From the human T2T-CHM13v2.0 reference genome, Homo sapiens: 64,000 nucleotides of DNA. Below the pieces are notes generated by a model. The model saw only the letters and a list, made by a program, of their open reading frames with translations. It searched no databases and was not told the origin of the DNA. The position numbers and the translations under genes are program-made. Where the stretch lies: assembly GCF_009914755.1 (NCBI RefSeq), contig NC_060933.1; one strand, given 5' to 3'. Below, piece after piece: positions 62,863 through 64,000 of this stretch; the first letter of the stretch is position 1, and each line of letters starts with the position of its first letter.

Positions 62863-63474
62863 TGTTACCAGAAAGGGGTCCCAATCCAGACCCCAAGAGA
62901 GGGTTCTTGGACCTTGTGCAAGAGAGAATTTGAGGCAAGTCCATAAAGTGAAAGCAAGTTTATCAGGAAAGTAAAGGAATAAAAGAATAGTTATTCTATA
63001 GGCAGGGCAGCGGTGTGGGCTGTTTGACTGAGTATACTTATGGTCATTTCTTGATTCTATGCTAAACAAAAGGTGGATTATTCATGAGTTTTCTTGGAAA
63101 GGGGTGGGCAATTCCCGGAACTGAGGGTTCCTCCCCTTTTTAGACCACAGAGTGTAACTTCCTGATGTTGCCTTGGCATTTATAAACTGTCATGGTGCTG
63201 GTGGGAATGTCTTTCAGCATGCTAATGTATTATAATTAGCATATAATGAGCCGTGAGGATGAGCAGAGGTCACTTTCATGGCCATCTTGGTTTTGGTGAG
63301 TTTTGGCCAGCTTCTCTACTGTATCCTGTTTTATCAGCAAGGTCTTTGTGACCTATATCTTGTGCTGACCTCCTATCTCATCCTGTGACTAAGAATGCAG
63401 CCCAGTAGTTCTTAGCTTTATTTTACCCAGCCCCTATTCAAGATGGAGTCACTCTGGTTCAAACGCCTCTAAGA
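62863..63474 (-). mobile_element. MER41B-type ERV1 solo LTR
   Basis: tgttaccagaaaggggtcccaatccagaccccaagagaggg...caagatggagtcactctggttcaaacgcctct; tandem GAS segment present. Confidence 0.9.
63091..63120. promoter_or_regulatory. Tandem STAT GAS motifs within MER41
   Basis: TTCTTGGAA (63091-63099) and TTCCCGGAA (63112-63120). Confidence 0.75.
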
Positions 63475-63825
63475 TAAGGGCCTTGTTTATTAATTTATTT
63501 CATCCTCACCACAAACTTTATGGGCAGGTGTTATTATTATCTTCACTTTGAAGAAGAGGAAACTGAAATAGAGGAGGATGATGTAATTTACAGTGAGTAA
63601 GTGACGAACCAAGGTTCAGTCTGGGAAGCCCGTGTCTTTAGCTATGATCCCATACTGTATCTCACTATGGTGTGTGGTAAGCCAGTGCGTGTGAAGTCCT
63701 TTCTATTCCCTTAAGCAAGTCACGTTTTCCTGCCAGAACAGGATCTGTCCTATGAGAGTTGACACATGAAAGCCAAATACGATAAATCAGGGTGGAGATT
63801 CACAGTCACCTTAAAAAGATTCTCA

Positions 63826-64000
63826 GGCCAGGCATGGTGGCTGACACCTGTAATCCCAGCACTTTGGGAGGCCAAGGCAGGTGGATCACAAAGTCAGGAG
63901 TTCGAGACTAGCCTGGCCAACATGGTGAAACCCTGTCTCAACAAAAAGTACAAAAATTAGCCAGGTGTGGTGGCATGTGCCTGTAGTCCCAGCTACTTGG
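63826..64000 (+). mobile_element. Alu (cut by window end)
   Basis: Forward Alu start ggccaggcatgg. Confidence 0.96.

Overview
Non-coding primate (human-like) genomic DNA dominated by interspersed repeats: about 43 Alu copies or fragments, plus MIR, L2, L3/CR1, old L1, MER5A, MER20, MER58, MER63, MER2, MADE1, MLT1, a THE1 solo LTR and a MER41B-type solo LTR. I can support no protein-coding exon; the ORF track is mostly Alu-, microsatellite- or low-complexity-derived. The main unique feature is a CpG island at about 25.2-26.1 kb followed by a ~260-nt polypyrimidine tract. This unit is bracketed by an inverted pair of a ~58-bp element (50/58 identical) that I do not recognise as a repeat and that carries a Forkhead-type TGTTTAT core. 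Also notable: a full-length U6 snRNA retrocopy fused to an L1 3' end, a MER41B-type LTR with two intact STAT GAS motifs, a THE1 LTR with a DUX4 motif, and a MADE1 hairpin. The locus could not be identified from sequence alone. Repeat families and subfamilies were called by eye against remembered consensus sequences, and boundaries are approximate.
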